DNA of 64,000 nucleotides from Polyangiales bacterium (GTDB taxonomy: Bacteria; Myxococcota_A; Polyangia; Polyangiales; Ga0077539): positions 160,001 through 224,000 of the forward strand of contig JBGARZ010000004.1 of assembly GCA_044229975.1 (NCBI GenBank), in the 5' to 3' direction. A program made the translations under genes and the position numbers. Under the pieces are notes generated by a model. That model searched no databases and was not told where the DNA came from. It saw nothing but the letters and a program-made list of their open reading frames with translations. Each line of letters opens with the position of its first letter. The first letter of the stretch is position 1. Of the stretch, positions 21,756-31,309 are shown piece by piece.

Positions 21756-23225
21756 TCAGTACCAGCCGGCCTTCTCGTTCTTGCAGGCCAGCTCCCACGT
21801 CTCGTCGGTGCTGACCCCCTGGGCGAGCTCCTTCACCCAGCGAAACCCCTCGTGCGCCATCGGCCGCTGCCCGGTGTCGTTGAAGTGCAACACCGCCCAG
21901 TCCGTGACCCCGTTGAACGCCACGTCGCACAGGTCCACCTGCAGCCCCCCGCCGTGGCGTCGCGCGGCCCGCTCGACCGCCGTCTGCACCCGCGACAGCT
22001 CGCGCCACTCGTCCACCGGGTCGAACTCCTCCGGGCGATCGCGCAGCGCGTCCACCAGCACCTCGATCGCCGCGAGGTCGTCCTCTCGCGCCGCCCACAA
22101 CACCCGCTCTCCCATCGCGCCGTCGGTCAGCATCGGCAGCGGAGCCTTCGCGCCGCGCACCACCGCCGCGAGGTCATCCTCGGCCGCCAGCAGCAGCCCG
22201 TCGAGCAGCGCCTCGCCCTCCGCCGTCACGCCCAGCGCCATCGCCCGCTGCCGCACCCGCGCGTCGAGCGCCGCGTTGGTCGCCGCCGCGTCCCAGCGCG
22301 CGAAGGTCTCCCCCAGCAGCGCCCCCCACCGCGCCGTCGCCGTCGGCGTCGTCAGCAGCGCGCGGTGACACGCCAGCGCGTCCACCAGCGCATCACCCGT
22401 CGCCGCCGGAACCGTCGCCACCGGCCCGTGGTCGACCACGTCGCGCAGCCAGCGCCACGTCGCCACACGCTGCCCCGCGAAGATCCATGCGAAGGGTCGC
22501 GCGAGCTTGATCCAGAAGGTGCGCGGGTACCGTCGCCAGCGCAGCTCGAAGCCCACGAGGTCGGCCCAGCCGCTCCATCCGGGGTGACGCCTGGTCTCCA
22601 GCGCCACGGCCTCCAGGTCGCCGCGCGTGAGGGCGTCGGCCACCAGCCAGCGACGCGCCATCCGCCGCGCGAGGCGCGGGCAGTAGTCGAGCTTCATCCG
22701 CGAGACGGCCCGCAGCAGATCGCGCGCCCGCTCGACGTCGCCGGTCGTCGCCGCGAGCATGCCGTGGGCGGCGATCTCCATCCCGTAGTGCGGGCCGATC
22801 GAGCGCTTCGAGAGGTAGGTGACAAACGACTGCCGCTCCAACGGCGTGAGCTCGCCCCGACGCATCTGCGCGAGCAACCCGTAGAACACCGCCCCCGCCC
22901 GCGGCGCCCGCACCGCCGCGACAGGAACCATCACGCGCGCATACCAGTACGCCACGCGCGGCAGCTTGAGCGGGACGATCACCCACGCGAGCACCACGCC
23001 GGGGAACAGCGTGAGCACCAGCCAGGTGATGACGGTGATGCCCGGCAGCGGCGCGAGGCGCTCGGGGATGACGTTCAGCCACATGCCGCAGGTGAACAAC
23101 GCGAGCAGGCTGCGCATGAGCCACCAGACGAAGCCGGGGGCCGCGGGCTCGGCGCGACCGTTGCCGCCGCCGTTGCCGTTGCGCGCCATGTACAGCGCCC
23201 AGAAGATCGGGATGACCGGGATCAC
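21756..23225 (-). CDS. Hypothetical membrane protein, N-terminal TM segments + long helical domain
   Basis: GTG start overlaps the upstream stop (GTGA); 2-3 hydrophobic segments in the first ~100 aa; Ala/Arg/Leu-rich helical remainder. Confidence 0.8.
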   Translation of the reverse strand: MIPVIPIFWALYMARNGNGGGNGRAEPAAPGFVWWLMRSLLALFTCGMWLNVIPERLAPLPGITVITWLVLTLFPGVVLAWVIVPLKLPRVAYWYARVMVPVAAVRAPRAGAVFYGLLAQMRRGELTPLERQSFVTYLSKRSIGPHYGMEIAAHGMLAATTGDVERARDLLRAVSRMKLDYCPRLARRMARRWLVADALTRGDLEAVALETRRHPGWSGWADLVGFELRWRRYPRTFWIKLARPFAWIFAGQRVATWRWLRDVVDHGPVATVPAATGDALVDALACHRALLTTPTATARWGALLGETFARWDAAATNAALDARVRQRAMALGVTAEGEALLDGLLLAAEDDLAAVVRGAKAPLPMLTDGAMGERVLWAAREDDLAAIEVLVDALRDRPEEFDPVDEWRELSRVQTAVERAARRHGGGLQVDLCDVAFNGVTDWAVLHFNDTGQRPMAHEGFRWVKELAQGVSTDETWELACKNEKAGWY

Positions 23226-23581
23226 CGCCCGTCACCGCGGGCAATAGGCGAGCGCCAGCCGAAGAGCGCGAAGGCGTCGCTCCACCGCTGCTCGGGTGCG
23301 GTCACCGTCGCGGCATCCGCCGCCGGAACCTTCGCCCACAGCTCATGCGTCGCGCGCTTCACCGGGTCGCGCAGCTCGGCGACGCTCTGCCGCACGAGGT
23401 CTTCGGTGCGCGGCCGCGGTCCGAAGGGCGAGGCGTAGGTCTTCGCCGCGGCGGCTCCGACGCCGAGCAGTCCGAGGAGCTTCTGCGCCGCACGCTCGAC
23501 CTCCGCGCGGGGTGCGTCGGGGGCGACGCCCAGGACGAAGAAGGGGTTCTGCGCCCAACGGGTGAGCGCGTCGTCGGCCAT
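23222..23581 (-). CDS. Small J-domain-like protein lacking HPD
   Basis: ATG overlaps the Hsp70 stop (TGATG); NPFFVLGVAPDAPRAEVERA (J helices I-II) and VRQSVAELRDPVKRATHE (helices III-IV). Confidence 0.75.
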   Translation of the reverse strand: MADDALTRWAQNPFFVLGVAPDAPRAEVERAAQKLLGLLGVGAAAAKTYASPFGPRPRTEDLVRQSVAELRDPVKRATHELWAKVPAADAATVTAPEQRWSDAFALFGWRSPIARGDGR

Positions 23582-26037
23582 CAGCGAACCCCCGAGCCGT
23601 AGCCGCGCGCGCGGTCTTCCACGTTGGGAGGAAGCAGCTTCCAGAGGTCGCGCACGGCCTGCTCCAGGGCCTTGGTGTCGCCGCGGTTCTGGGCCGCGCG
23701 TCCGTCGCGGATGAGCTTCGCGGCGCGCGGCGCGTCGGTGGTCTCGCCCACGCGCGACTCGGCGTGATCGAGCTGCTCGCCCCACGCCCCCGGGCAGCGC
23801 AGATAGGCCGCGGTGCCGAGCTGTCGGGCGAGGGCGTTCTGACGGGAGACGTCGTGGGCGTTGCGCGCGGTGATGGCCTTCTCCAGCGCGGCCGCGACGC
23901 CGTCGATGGTGCGGCGCTCGGTGTCGGTGCCGAACTCCGAGAGCCAGCTCACGGCCCACTCCATCCCCTCACGGGCGGTCTCGATCATCTCGGGCCACGC
24001 ACGCTCGGCCTCTGCATCTGCGAGCAGGGCGTCGATGTCCACCAGCGTTCGGCGGGCGCGCTCGATGGCGTCGGCGTCGCCGCCTTCGGCCGCCGCGAGG
24101 TCGCGACCGAGCTCGACGAAGAGCGGCTCCACTCGTGCGAGCGCCGCCGCCGACTTCGCCAGCGACTGTCGAAACGCCGCCCCGCGCGCCTCGCTCGTCC
24201 GCCGTCGCAGATCATCGTGCTGGGCCCGCAGCGCCTCCACCGGGACCTTCGGCGCCACGAGATGCGCCACCTCGTCGAAGACCTGCCCCAGCGACGGGAC
24301 CCGCGCGCTTGCGCTCAGCCGCCCGCCGCGATCGAGCTCCAGCGTGACCTCGATGGCCGAGCCCGCGGGGAGGGTTCCGTTGACCTTCTCGGAGGCGATC
24401 TGGAGCTTGCCCACGAGGCGACACAGGTGCGCCTTGGGAAACTCCCCCTGCACGATCGGAACATCCAACGCATACCCCGTCGCCCCGCGCGCCACCGTGC
24501 TCACCGTCGACAGCGTGTGCGTGCGTCGCATCGGCAGCGGCGATCCGCGCTCGAAGAACACCTGCACGCCATCACTGGCGAGCGCCACGCCGACGGAGCG
24601 CGACAGCGGCGGGTCGCCGATGGTGACGCCGTGGACGATGGTGATGGTGGCGGGCGTGAGGGCGCGCGCCTTGCCGTCGGCGTCGAGTCCCTCGACGTGG
24701 AAGGTGCTGGCCTCGCGCGCGACGAGCTGAACCGGAACCGCGAAGGTCCCCTCGGCATCGGGCGCTTCGGGGTCGCTCATCCACGCGCCGTCGTCACGGC
24801 GGAAGCGCACGTAGGTGGGGCGCACGTCACCGACGCAGCGACCGACGATCCACGGGGAGAGGTCGCTCGACATGGCCGGGTACTGGAGCCACACGCGGGG
24901 TCCGCCGTCGGCGTTGTTCTCTGGTGCTTGCGGGCGCGCGTCGAGGCCGACGGAGGCTGCGTAGAGGGCGGCTCCCTGGGCGACGAGGGTCATCGGGTCG
25001 AGGCCCTCACCGGCGACGGCGCCGAGGGCTTCGGTGACGCGCGTTCGCAGCACCGGAGTGACCGTGGGGCCGCCGACGAGCACCACGCGGGAGAGCCTGG
25101 TCTGTGAGAGTCCGTGGCGTTCGAGGAGGCGTCGGCACACGGCGATGGAGCGGTCGACGAGCGGCAGCACGAGCGCGTCGTGGGTGGCGCGGTCGAGGGT
25201 GAGGTCGACGTCGACGGTGTCGCTCCCGACGACGAAGGCGGGGATGGTGAGGGACGCCTCGCGGGCGCGGGAGAGCTCGATGCGGGCTTCTTCGGCGGCG
25301 TGCTTGAGGCGTCGCAGCGCGGCGGCGTGGGCAGGGTCTTCGCGGCGGAGGGTGGCGCCGGTCTCCTCGGCGATGCGCGCGATGGCCCAGTCGACGACGG
25401 CGCCGTCGAGGTCGCGTCCGCCGAGGAAGTTGTCGCCGTCGTGGCCGACCACGCGGAGGAGGCCGTCCTGGGTTTCGAGGAGGGAGACGTCGAAGGTTCC
25501 GCCGCCGAGGTCGTAGACGAGCCACGGGGCGGGGTCGTCGGCGTCGGCCTTCCAGCCGGCGGCGATGGCCGAGGCGACGGGCTCTTGCAGGAGCTCGACG
25601 CGCTCGAAGCCCGCGAGGCGAGCGGCCTCGGCGGTGGCGGTGGTCTGCGGGAGTTCGAAGAGCGCGGGCACGGTCACGACGGCGCGGTCGGGCGCGACGC
25701 CGCACTGCTGCCGAACGTCCTCGCGCAATGACTTCAGCACCTCGGCGGAGAGCGCTTCGGGGCGGTACGCGCGGCCCGAGGCGGGGAAGGTGACGGTGTG
25801 CTCGGTTCCCATGAGGCGCTTGAACTCGCCGCGCACGTTGTCGGGGTCGCTGTCGTGGAGGCGACGCGCGCGGGCGCCGACGGTGACCTTCCCCTTCGCG
25901 TCGATGCGAACGACGCTGGGCGTGAGGGCGCTCCCGTCGGCGCCGCGCACGACGGTGACGGCGCGGCCGTCGAAGAGGGCGGCGGTAGAGTTGCTGGTTC
26001 CGAGGTCGATGCCGAGGTAGAGGGCGCCGGGGTTCAT
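23581..26037 (-). CDS. Atypical Hsp70/DnaK family protein (818 aa)
   Basis: GIDLGTSNS, TVPALF, EPVASA, YDLGGGTFDVS, GDNFLGG, LVGG, VAQGAALYA; extra ~100-aa domain before the substrate-binding domain; extended helical C-terminus. Confidence 0.93.
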   Translation of the reverse strand: MNPGALYLGIDLGTSNSTAALFDGRAVTVVRGADGSALTPSVVRIDAKGKVTVGARARRLHDSDPDNVRGEFKRLMGTEHTVTFPASGRAYRPEALSAEVLKSLREDVRQQCGVAPDRAVVTVPALFELPQTTATAEAARLAGFERVELLQEPVASAIAAGWKADADDPAPWLVYDLGGGTFDVSLLETQDGLLRVVGHDGDNFLGGRDLDGAVVDWAIARIAEETGATLRREDPAHAAALRRLKHAAEEARIELSRAREASLTIPAFVVGSDTVDVDLTLDRATHDALVLPLVDRSIAVCRRLLERHGLSQTRLSRVVLVGGPTVTPVLRTRVTEALGAVAGEGLDPMTLVAQGAALYAASVGLDARPQAPENNADGGPRVWLQYPAMSSDLSPWIVGRCVGDVRPTYVRFRRDDGAWMSDPEAPDAEGTFAVPVQLVAREASTFHVEGLDADGKARALTPATITIVHGVTIGDPPLSRSVGVALASDGVQVFFERGSPLPMRRTHTLSTVSTVARGATGYALDVPIVQGEFPKAHLCRLVGKLQIASEKVNGTLPAGSAIEVTLELDRGGRLSASARVPSLGQVFDEVAHLVAPKVPVEALRAQHDDLRRRTSEARGAAFRQSLAKSAAALARVEPLFVELGRDLAAAEGGDADAIERARRTLVDIDALLADAEAERAWPEMIETAREGMEWAVSWLSEFGTDTERRTIDGVAAALEKAITARNAHDVSRQNALARQLGTAAYLRCPGAWGEQLDHAESRVGETTDAPRAAKLIRDGRAAQNRGDTKALEQAVRDLWKLLPPNVEDRARGYGSGVR

Positions 26038-26092
26038 GGGAGGGGACCGGAGATGAGCGCGGGAAGGCGGCGGGTGTCCAGTGGGTGGGGCG

Positions 26093-26680
26093 CTACCGGG
26101 CGCGCGTGGCGGCGCGGTGGACGGTGACGCGGAGCAGGAGGTTCTCGGTGGTGACCGCGACGCCTTCGCGGCGCAGACTCGAGGCGGCGTCGAGCCAGGC
26201 GCGGGTGGTGTCGGGGAGCTCGGCGTCGGCGACGAGGCGCCGGTCGGCGGCGCGCAGGGTGTCGAGCACGCGGTTGGCGTCGACGAGCAGGTGGTGGCGG
26301 CGAGCGTCGAAGGAGCGACTCACGGCGTGCATGAGGGGGTCGCCCGCGTCGTCATCGGGCGCGTCATCGGGCTCGATGGCGGGCGGTGCGACGGGCTCGG
26401 CGATGGACTCGGTGGGGACGTGGGGCGCGGGTGGAGGCGGGGCGTGGTCGTCGCCGCCGCGCAGCCAGGCGACGGACACGTGGAGGGCGAGGGCGAGGGC
26501 GTCCTGGGTGGGCTGCATGAGCCCGCGGATGCGGCCGTTTTCGAGGCGGGAGATCGCTTCCTGGGAGAGCCCGCTGCGGGTCGCGAGGTCGGCCTGGGTG
26601 AGCCCGAGCGCGAGGCGGCGCTCGCGGATGCGTGGGCCATCGACGCCCCCCGGACTCCGAACGTCACCAGCCTTCTGCAT
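26093..26680 (-). CDS. XRE-family HTH regulator with C-terminal helical domain
   Basis: IRERRLALGLTQADLATRSGLSQEAISRLENG...LALALHVSVAWL. Confidence 0.88.
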   Translation of the reverse strand: MQKAGDVRSPGGVDGPRIRERRLALGLTQADLATRSGLSQEAISRLENGRIRGLMQPTQDALALALHVSVAWLRGGDDHAPPPPAPHVPTESIAEPVAPPAIEPDDAPDDDAGDPLMHAVSRSFDARRHHLLVDANRVLDTLRAADRRLVADAELPDTTRAWLDAASSLRREGVAVTTENLLLRVTVHRAATRAR

Positions 26681-26746
26681 AGGGCGCAGAGGATGGGATG
26701 ATCGAGTTGCATATTTCAAGGCCGACGATCGGAGAGGGTTAGGGCC

Positions 26747-26777
26747 GCGCGCCGCGGTGACGCCGCGGCGTGCGCCC
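26747..26777. repeat. Partial inverted copy of the 53-bp REP-like unit
   Basis: GCGCGCCGCGGTGACGCCGCGGCGTGCGCCC matches the reverse complement of the unit core. Confidence 0.7.
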
Positions 26778-26784
26778 TATCTGC

Positions 26785-28842
26785 TCAATCCCACCAGAGC
26801 CGCGGTCGCACTCCGACCGCGACGCCGTCCACCTGCACCTCGACGACGCTCGACCCCGCCGTCGTCGGCGCGGTGATGGTCACCTCCCACGCCGAGCCGT
26901 TCCATCGCGGCGCGGTGGCCGTCCCGCCGCCGCGGGTGACGCTCGCGGTGACGCTCGCCCCCATGCGAACCGTCCCGTCCACCTGGCGTGGTGTCACCAG
27001 CAGCGTGGCCGTCGCGCGGCCGTCCGCGGGCAGGTGGCGCGACGCCGGCGTCAGCGCCAGCAGCCGCGGCTCCTCGACGTCGTGCAGCGTCCCGGCGGCG
27101 ACGTCGTGTAGCTCCTGCACCACGCCCGACGGCCACGTCACCCGCACCGTCGCGGCGCTCGTCGCGGCGCCCAGTCCCACGAAGACCGTCGGCGCCGCCG
27201 CGAGCAGCGGTGAGCCCACCGAGCCGACCTGGTGCACCTGCGCCGCGACGCCCGGCTGCGGCAGCACGCGCACCTCGGCGCCGATGCCCAGCGCGTTGCT
27301 CGTCGTCCCGCGAAACCGCATCGAGAACCCGTGGTTGCCCGTCGTGATGTCGTTGCGAAACACCCGCGGATTGTCCTCGTGGCTGCCGATGACGAAGTCG
27401 GCGTCGCCGTCGCGGTCGAAGTCGTCCACGTCGAGCGAGCGCCACTGACCGCGCAGGTCGAGGTGCAGCCGCGCGCCGACCTCGACGAAGTTGGCGCCGC
27501 CGGCGTTCCAGTGGAGCGTCGAGTGCTGCGGGCCGACGAAGAACATCGGGTCGGAGAAGGCCGAGTGGTCGTTGCCGTGGGTGCCGACGAGGTCGTTGCG
27601 GCCGTCCTGGTCGACGTCGACCAGCGCGACGCCCCACGGGATCATCCGCCGCCCCATGTCGGACATCGAGGGGTTGGTGCCGAAGGGCGCCGTGCGGTCT
27701 TCCAACGGGAAGCGCCCGGGGTTGGGAAACACCCCGAGGTAGAAGTTGAGCGAGACGGCGAGGTCGAGGACGCTGTCGCCGTCCGCGTCGCCCATCGCGA
27801 CGCCCATCGGCACCCAGAACGACAGCGGGCGCGTGGCGTTGAGCCGGACGTCCCCTTCGACCGTGCGGATGAACGCGTCGGGCGGAATCGGGTCGAAGGG
27901 CTCGAAGCGCGGATAGCCCTCCGCGTCGATCGCGCGCCTCCGGTAGAACGACGGCGCCTCCTGACCGCCGCAGCCGCCGCCGATGTTCATGAGCAGGGCG
28001 TCGCCGTTGAGGGTGCCGGCGAGCACCGCGTAGGAGTAGCCCGGCAGCGCGTCGTCGAAGAGCTCGGTGCGGTCGGCGAAGGTGCGCGGCCCCGTGCGGA
28101 GGTAGAGCTGCATCCCGCGGCACGTGGTGCAGCAGTTGGCGGAGCCGAACACCACGTCGAGCCAGCCGTCGGCGTCGAAGTCGAGGAGCGCGATCGAGGG
28201 GAAGTTGGGCGCCCAGGTCTTGGTCGAGCGCACCATCGCCGACGGCGCCTCGAAGCGCCCGCCGCCGAGGCCCCAGGCGACCTCCTGCTCGGGGCGGTTG
28301 AGGATGAGGTCGACGAAGCCGTCGCCGTCGAGGTCGCGCACGCCCATCACGTAGAGGCGGTCGTTGTCGCGCGCGGTGTTGAGCCGGCCGCGCAGGGCGA
28401 TGCGACCCGCGGGGGCGTCGTAGTCGTACGCGACCGCGGTGCGACCGACGGGGCTGTCGAGCGTCGGCGCGAAGACCACCTCGTCGCGGCCGTCGCCATC
28501 GACGTCGGCGAAGAACCCGACCGTGGGGTGAGGGTCGCCCGTGTCCGTCGCAGGGCGCGGGACCGCGAGGAAGTCCGAGGGGCGGCCGTCGAGAGGGACG
28601 CTGAGGTCGATGAAGCCGGGGCCAAAAGAGCTCGGCGTCGGCAGCGCCGGCGGAACGTCCCGCTGCACCATGGGAACATCCGCGACCGGGGTGAGCCCGC
28701 TGTCGAAGGTCACGACCGGGCGGGGCTGAGGCTGAGGCTGAGGCTGAGGCTGAGGCTGAGGCTGTGCCGTGCAGGCGCCCACGGTCATCCCGAACAGACA
28801 CGTCCAAGAGGCAAGGCGGTAGGACGAAGTGGGGCGTGACAT
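26785..28842 (-). CDS. CRTAC1-like FG-GAP/VCBS + ASPIC/UnbV lipoprotein
   Basis: Lipobox VGAC; repeated DxDGDGxxD motifs; SNALGIGAEV...FVGLG...VRVTWPSG (ASPIC/UnbV); C-terminal Ig-like domain. Confidence 0.88.
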   Translation of the reverse strand: MSRPTSSYRLASWTCLFGMTVGACTAQPQPQPQPQPQPQPRPVVTFDSGLTPVADVPMVQRDVPPALPTPSSFGPGFIDLSVPLDGRPSDFLAVPRPATDTGDPHPTVGFFADVDGDGRDEVVFAPTLDSPVGRTAVAYDYDAPAGRIALRGRLNTARDNDRLYVMGVRDLDGDGFVDLILNRPEQEVAWGLGGGRFEAPSAMVRSTKTWAPNFPSIALLDFDADGWLDVVFGSANCCTTCRGMQLYLRTGPRTFADRTELFDDALPGYSYAVLAGTLNGDALLMNIGGGCGGQEAPSFYRRRAIDAEGYPRFEPFDPIPPDAFIRTVEGDVRLNATRPLSFWVPMGVAMGDADGDSVLDLAVSLNFYLGVFPNPGRFPLEDRTAPFGTNPSMSDMGRRMIPWGVALVDVDQDGRNDLVGTHGNDHSAFSDPMFFVGPQHSTLHWNAGGANFVEVGARLHLDLRGQWRSLDVDDFDRDGDADFVIGSHEDNPRVFRNDITTGNHGFSMRFRGTTSNALGIGAEVRVLPQPGVAAQVHQVGSVGSPLLAAAPTVFVGLGAATSAATVRVTWPSGVVQELHDVAAGTLHDVEEPRLLALTPASRHLPADGRATATLLVTPRQVDGTVRMGASVTASVTRGGGTATAPRWNGSAWEVTITAPTTAGSSVVEVQVDGVAVGVRPRLWWD
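28724..28764. repeat. (GGCTGA)6+ microsatellite encoding (QP)7
   Basis: Perfect hexamer tandem inside the CRTAC1-like gene just after the lipidated Cys. Confidence 0.9.
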
Positions 28843-28930
28843 CGGTATGGCAGCCTCTCGACGCGAGAGTAGGCCGATCGCACCGCGCGGAGGTAGTGGC
28901 GGTGCGCCGATCGGCGACCGACGAGCTCGA

Positions 28931-30256
<1,326 letters not shown>

Positions 30257-30314
30257 GCCGCCGCGGACCGTATCCGCGGCCGTCGGGGCTGGCAAGCAAG
30301 GCGTCCGCGGGCGG

Positions 30315-31298
30315 TCAGGGCCGTCGGCTCACGGTGACGCGGATCTCGCTCAGGATGAAGTTGCCGGGGTTGGTCGCGCCGTTGTTGCCGGGCCCGCCGC
30401 CGGGGATGGACGAGTTGAAGAGGGCGTCGAGCCGGATGCCGGTGAGCTGCGACGCCGTGGTGTCGATGATCACCGTGTACGTCGAGTTCACGAGCTCGGG
30501 CGACGCCAGGACGCTGTTGCCCGCATGGCTGATGGTGACGCCATTGGTCGCGGCCACGGAGAAGATGGTGACGGGCGTGCTCCAGACGCCGTCGAGGCCG
30601 AGGTTGCCGCCCGAGACCAGGCCGTCGGCGAACTGATCCCTCGGCGCGGTGGTGAGGCGCAGCCGGAAGCTCAAGAGGCGGTAGCTCAGCGTGGCGCTGA
30701 CGAGGGAGACCTCGACCCTGGTGCCCCGCATCGAATACGGAGTGGTCGTCGCAAACTCCCACGCCGCGCTCTGCTCGCGCACCGGCCCGGGGGTCGCCGG
30801 CGCGATGGCCCACCCCTGGCCACCGCCGAAGTTGCCGTCCGTCGACCACGTCACCTCGTAGCTGGGCTGCGAGTAGGTCGCGGTGTCGTTGGCCAGCGTC
30901 AGGATCGTCGGGTTGAACTCCGGCACGACGTCGATGGGCACATCAGGCACATCGGGCACATCGGGTACATCGGGTACATCGGGTACATCGGGTACATCGG
31001 GTACGTCGCGAGCGTCGACGACATCCATCACGTCGCGCACGTCGACGACATCGCCCGCGTCGCCCGCGTCGCTCACGTCCATGGCGTCGCGCACGTCGAC
31101 GGCGTCGCCCGCGTCGGTCACGTCCATGGCGTCGCGCACGTCCATGGCCGCTGGGACATCCATCGCGGCTGCGACGTCCGACGCATCGATCACGTCCGTG
31201 GCGGGGCGGTCGGTCGCTGCGTCGGGGTAGCGGAGCTCGACGCATCCGAGCGCGGCGGCGACGGCGAGGAAGGCGAAGGTGCGGGCGGCGGTGGGCAT
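30315..31298 (-). CDS. Lipoprotein, DVP-repeat linker + beta-sandwich domain
   Basis: Lipobox ALGC; (DVP)n encoded by a 9-bp tandem at about 30940-31008; C-terminal GWAI...TGIRLDAL...GPG...GNFILSEI. Confidence 0.8.
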   Translation of the reverse strand: MPTAARTFAFLAVAAALGCVELRYPDAATDRPATDVIDASDVAAAMDVPAAMDVRDAMDVTDAGDAVDVRDAMDVSDAGDAGDVVDVRDVMDVVDARDVPDVPDVPDVPDVPDVPDVPDVPIDVVPEFNPTILTLANDTATYSQPSYEVTWSTDGNFGGGQGWAIAPATPGPVREQSAAWEFATTTPYSMRGTRVEVSLVSATLSYRLLSFRLRLTTAPRDQFADGLVSGGNLGLDGVWSTPVTIFSVAATNGVTISHAGNSVLASPELVNSTYTVIIDTTASQLTGIRLDALFNSSIPGGGPGNNGATNPGNFILSEIRVTVSRRP

Positions 31299-31309
31299 CG
31301 TCGTCTCCC

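Noticed and set aside
23581..26037. Housekeeping dnaK
   Set aside because: Lacks the DVLLLDV linker and the grpE/dnaJ context; has an inserted domain.
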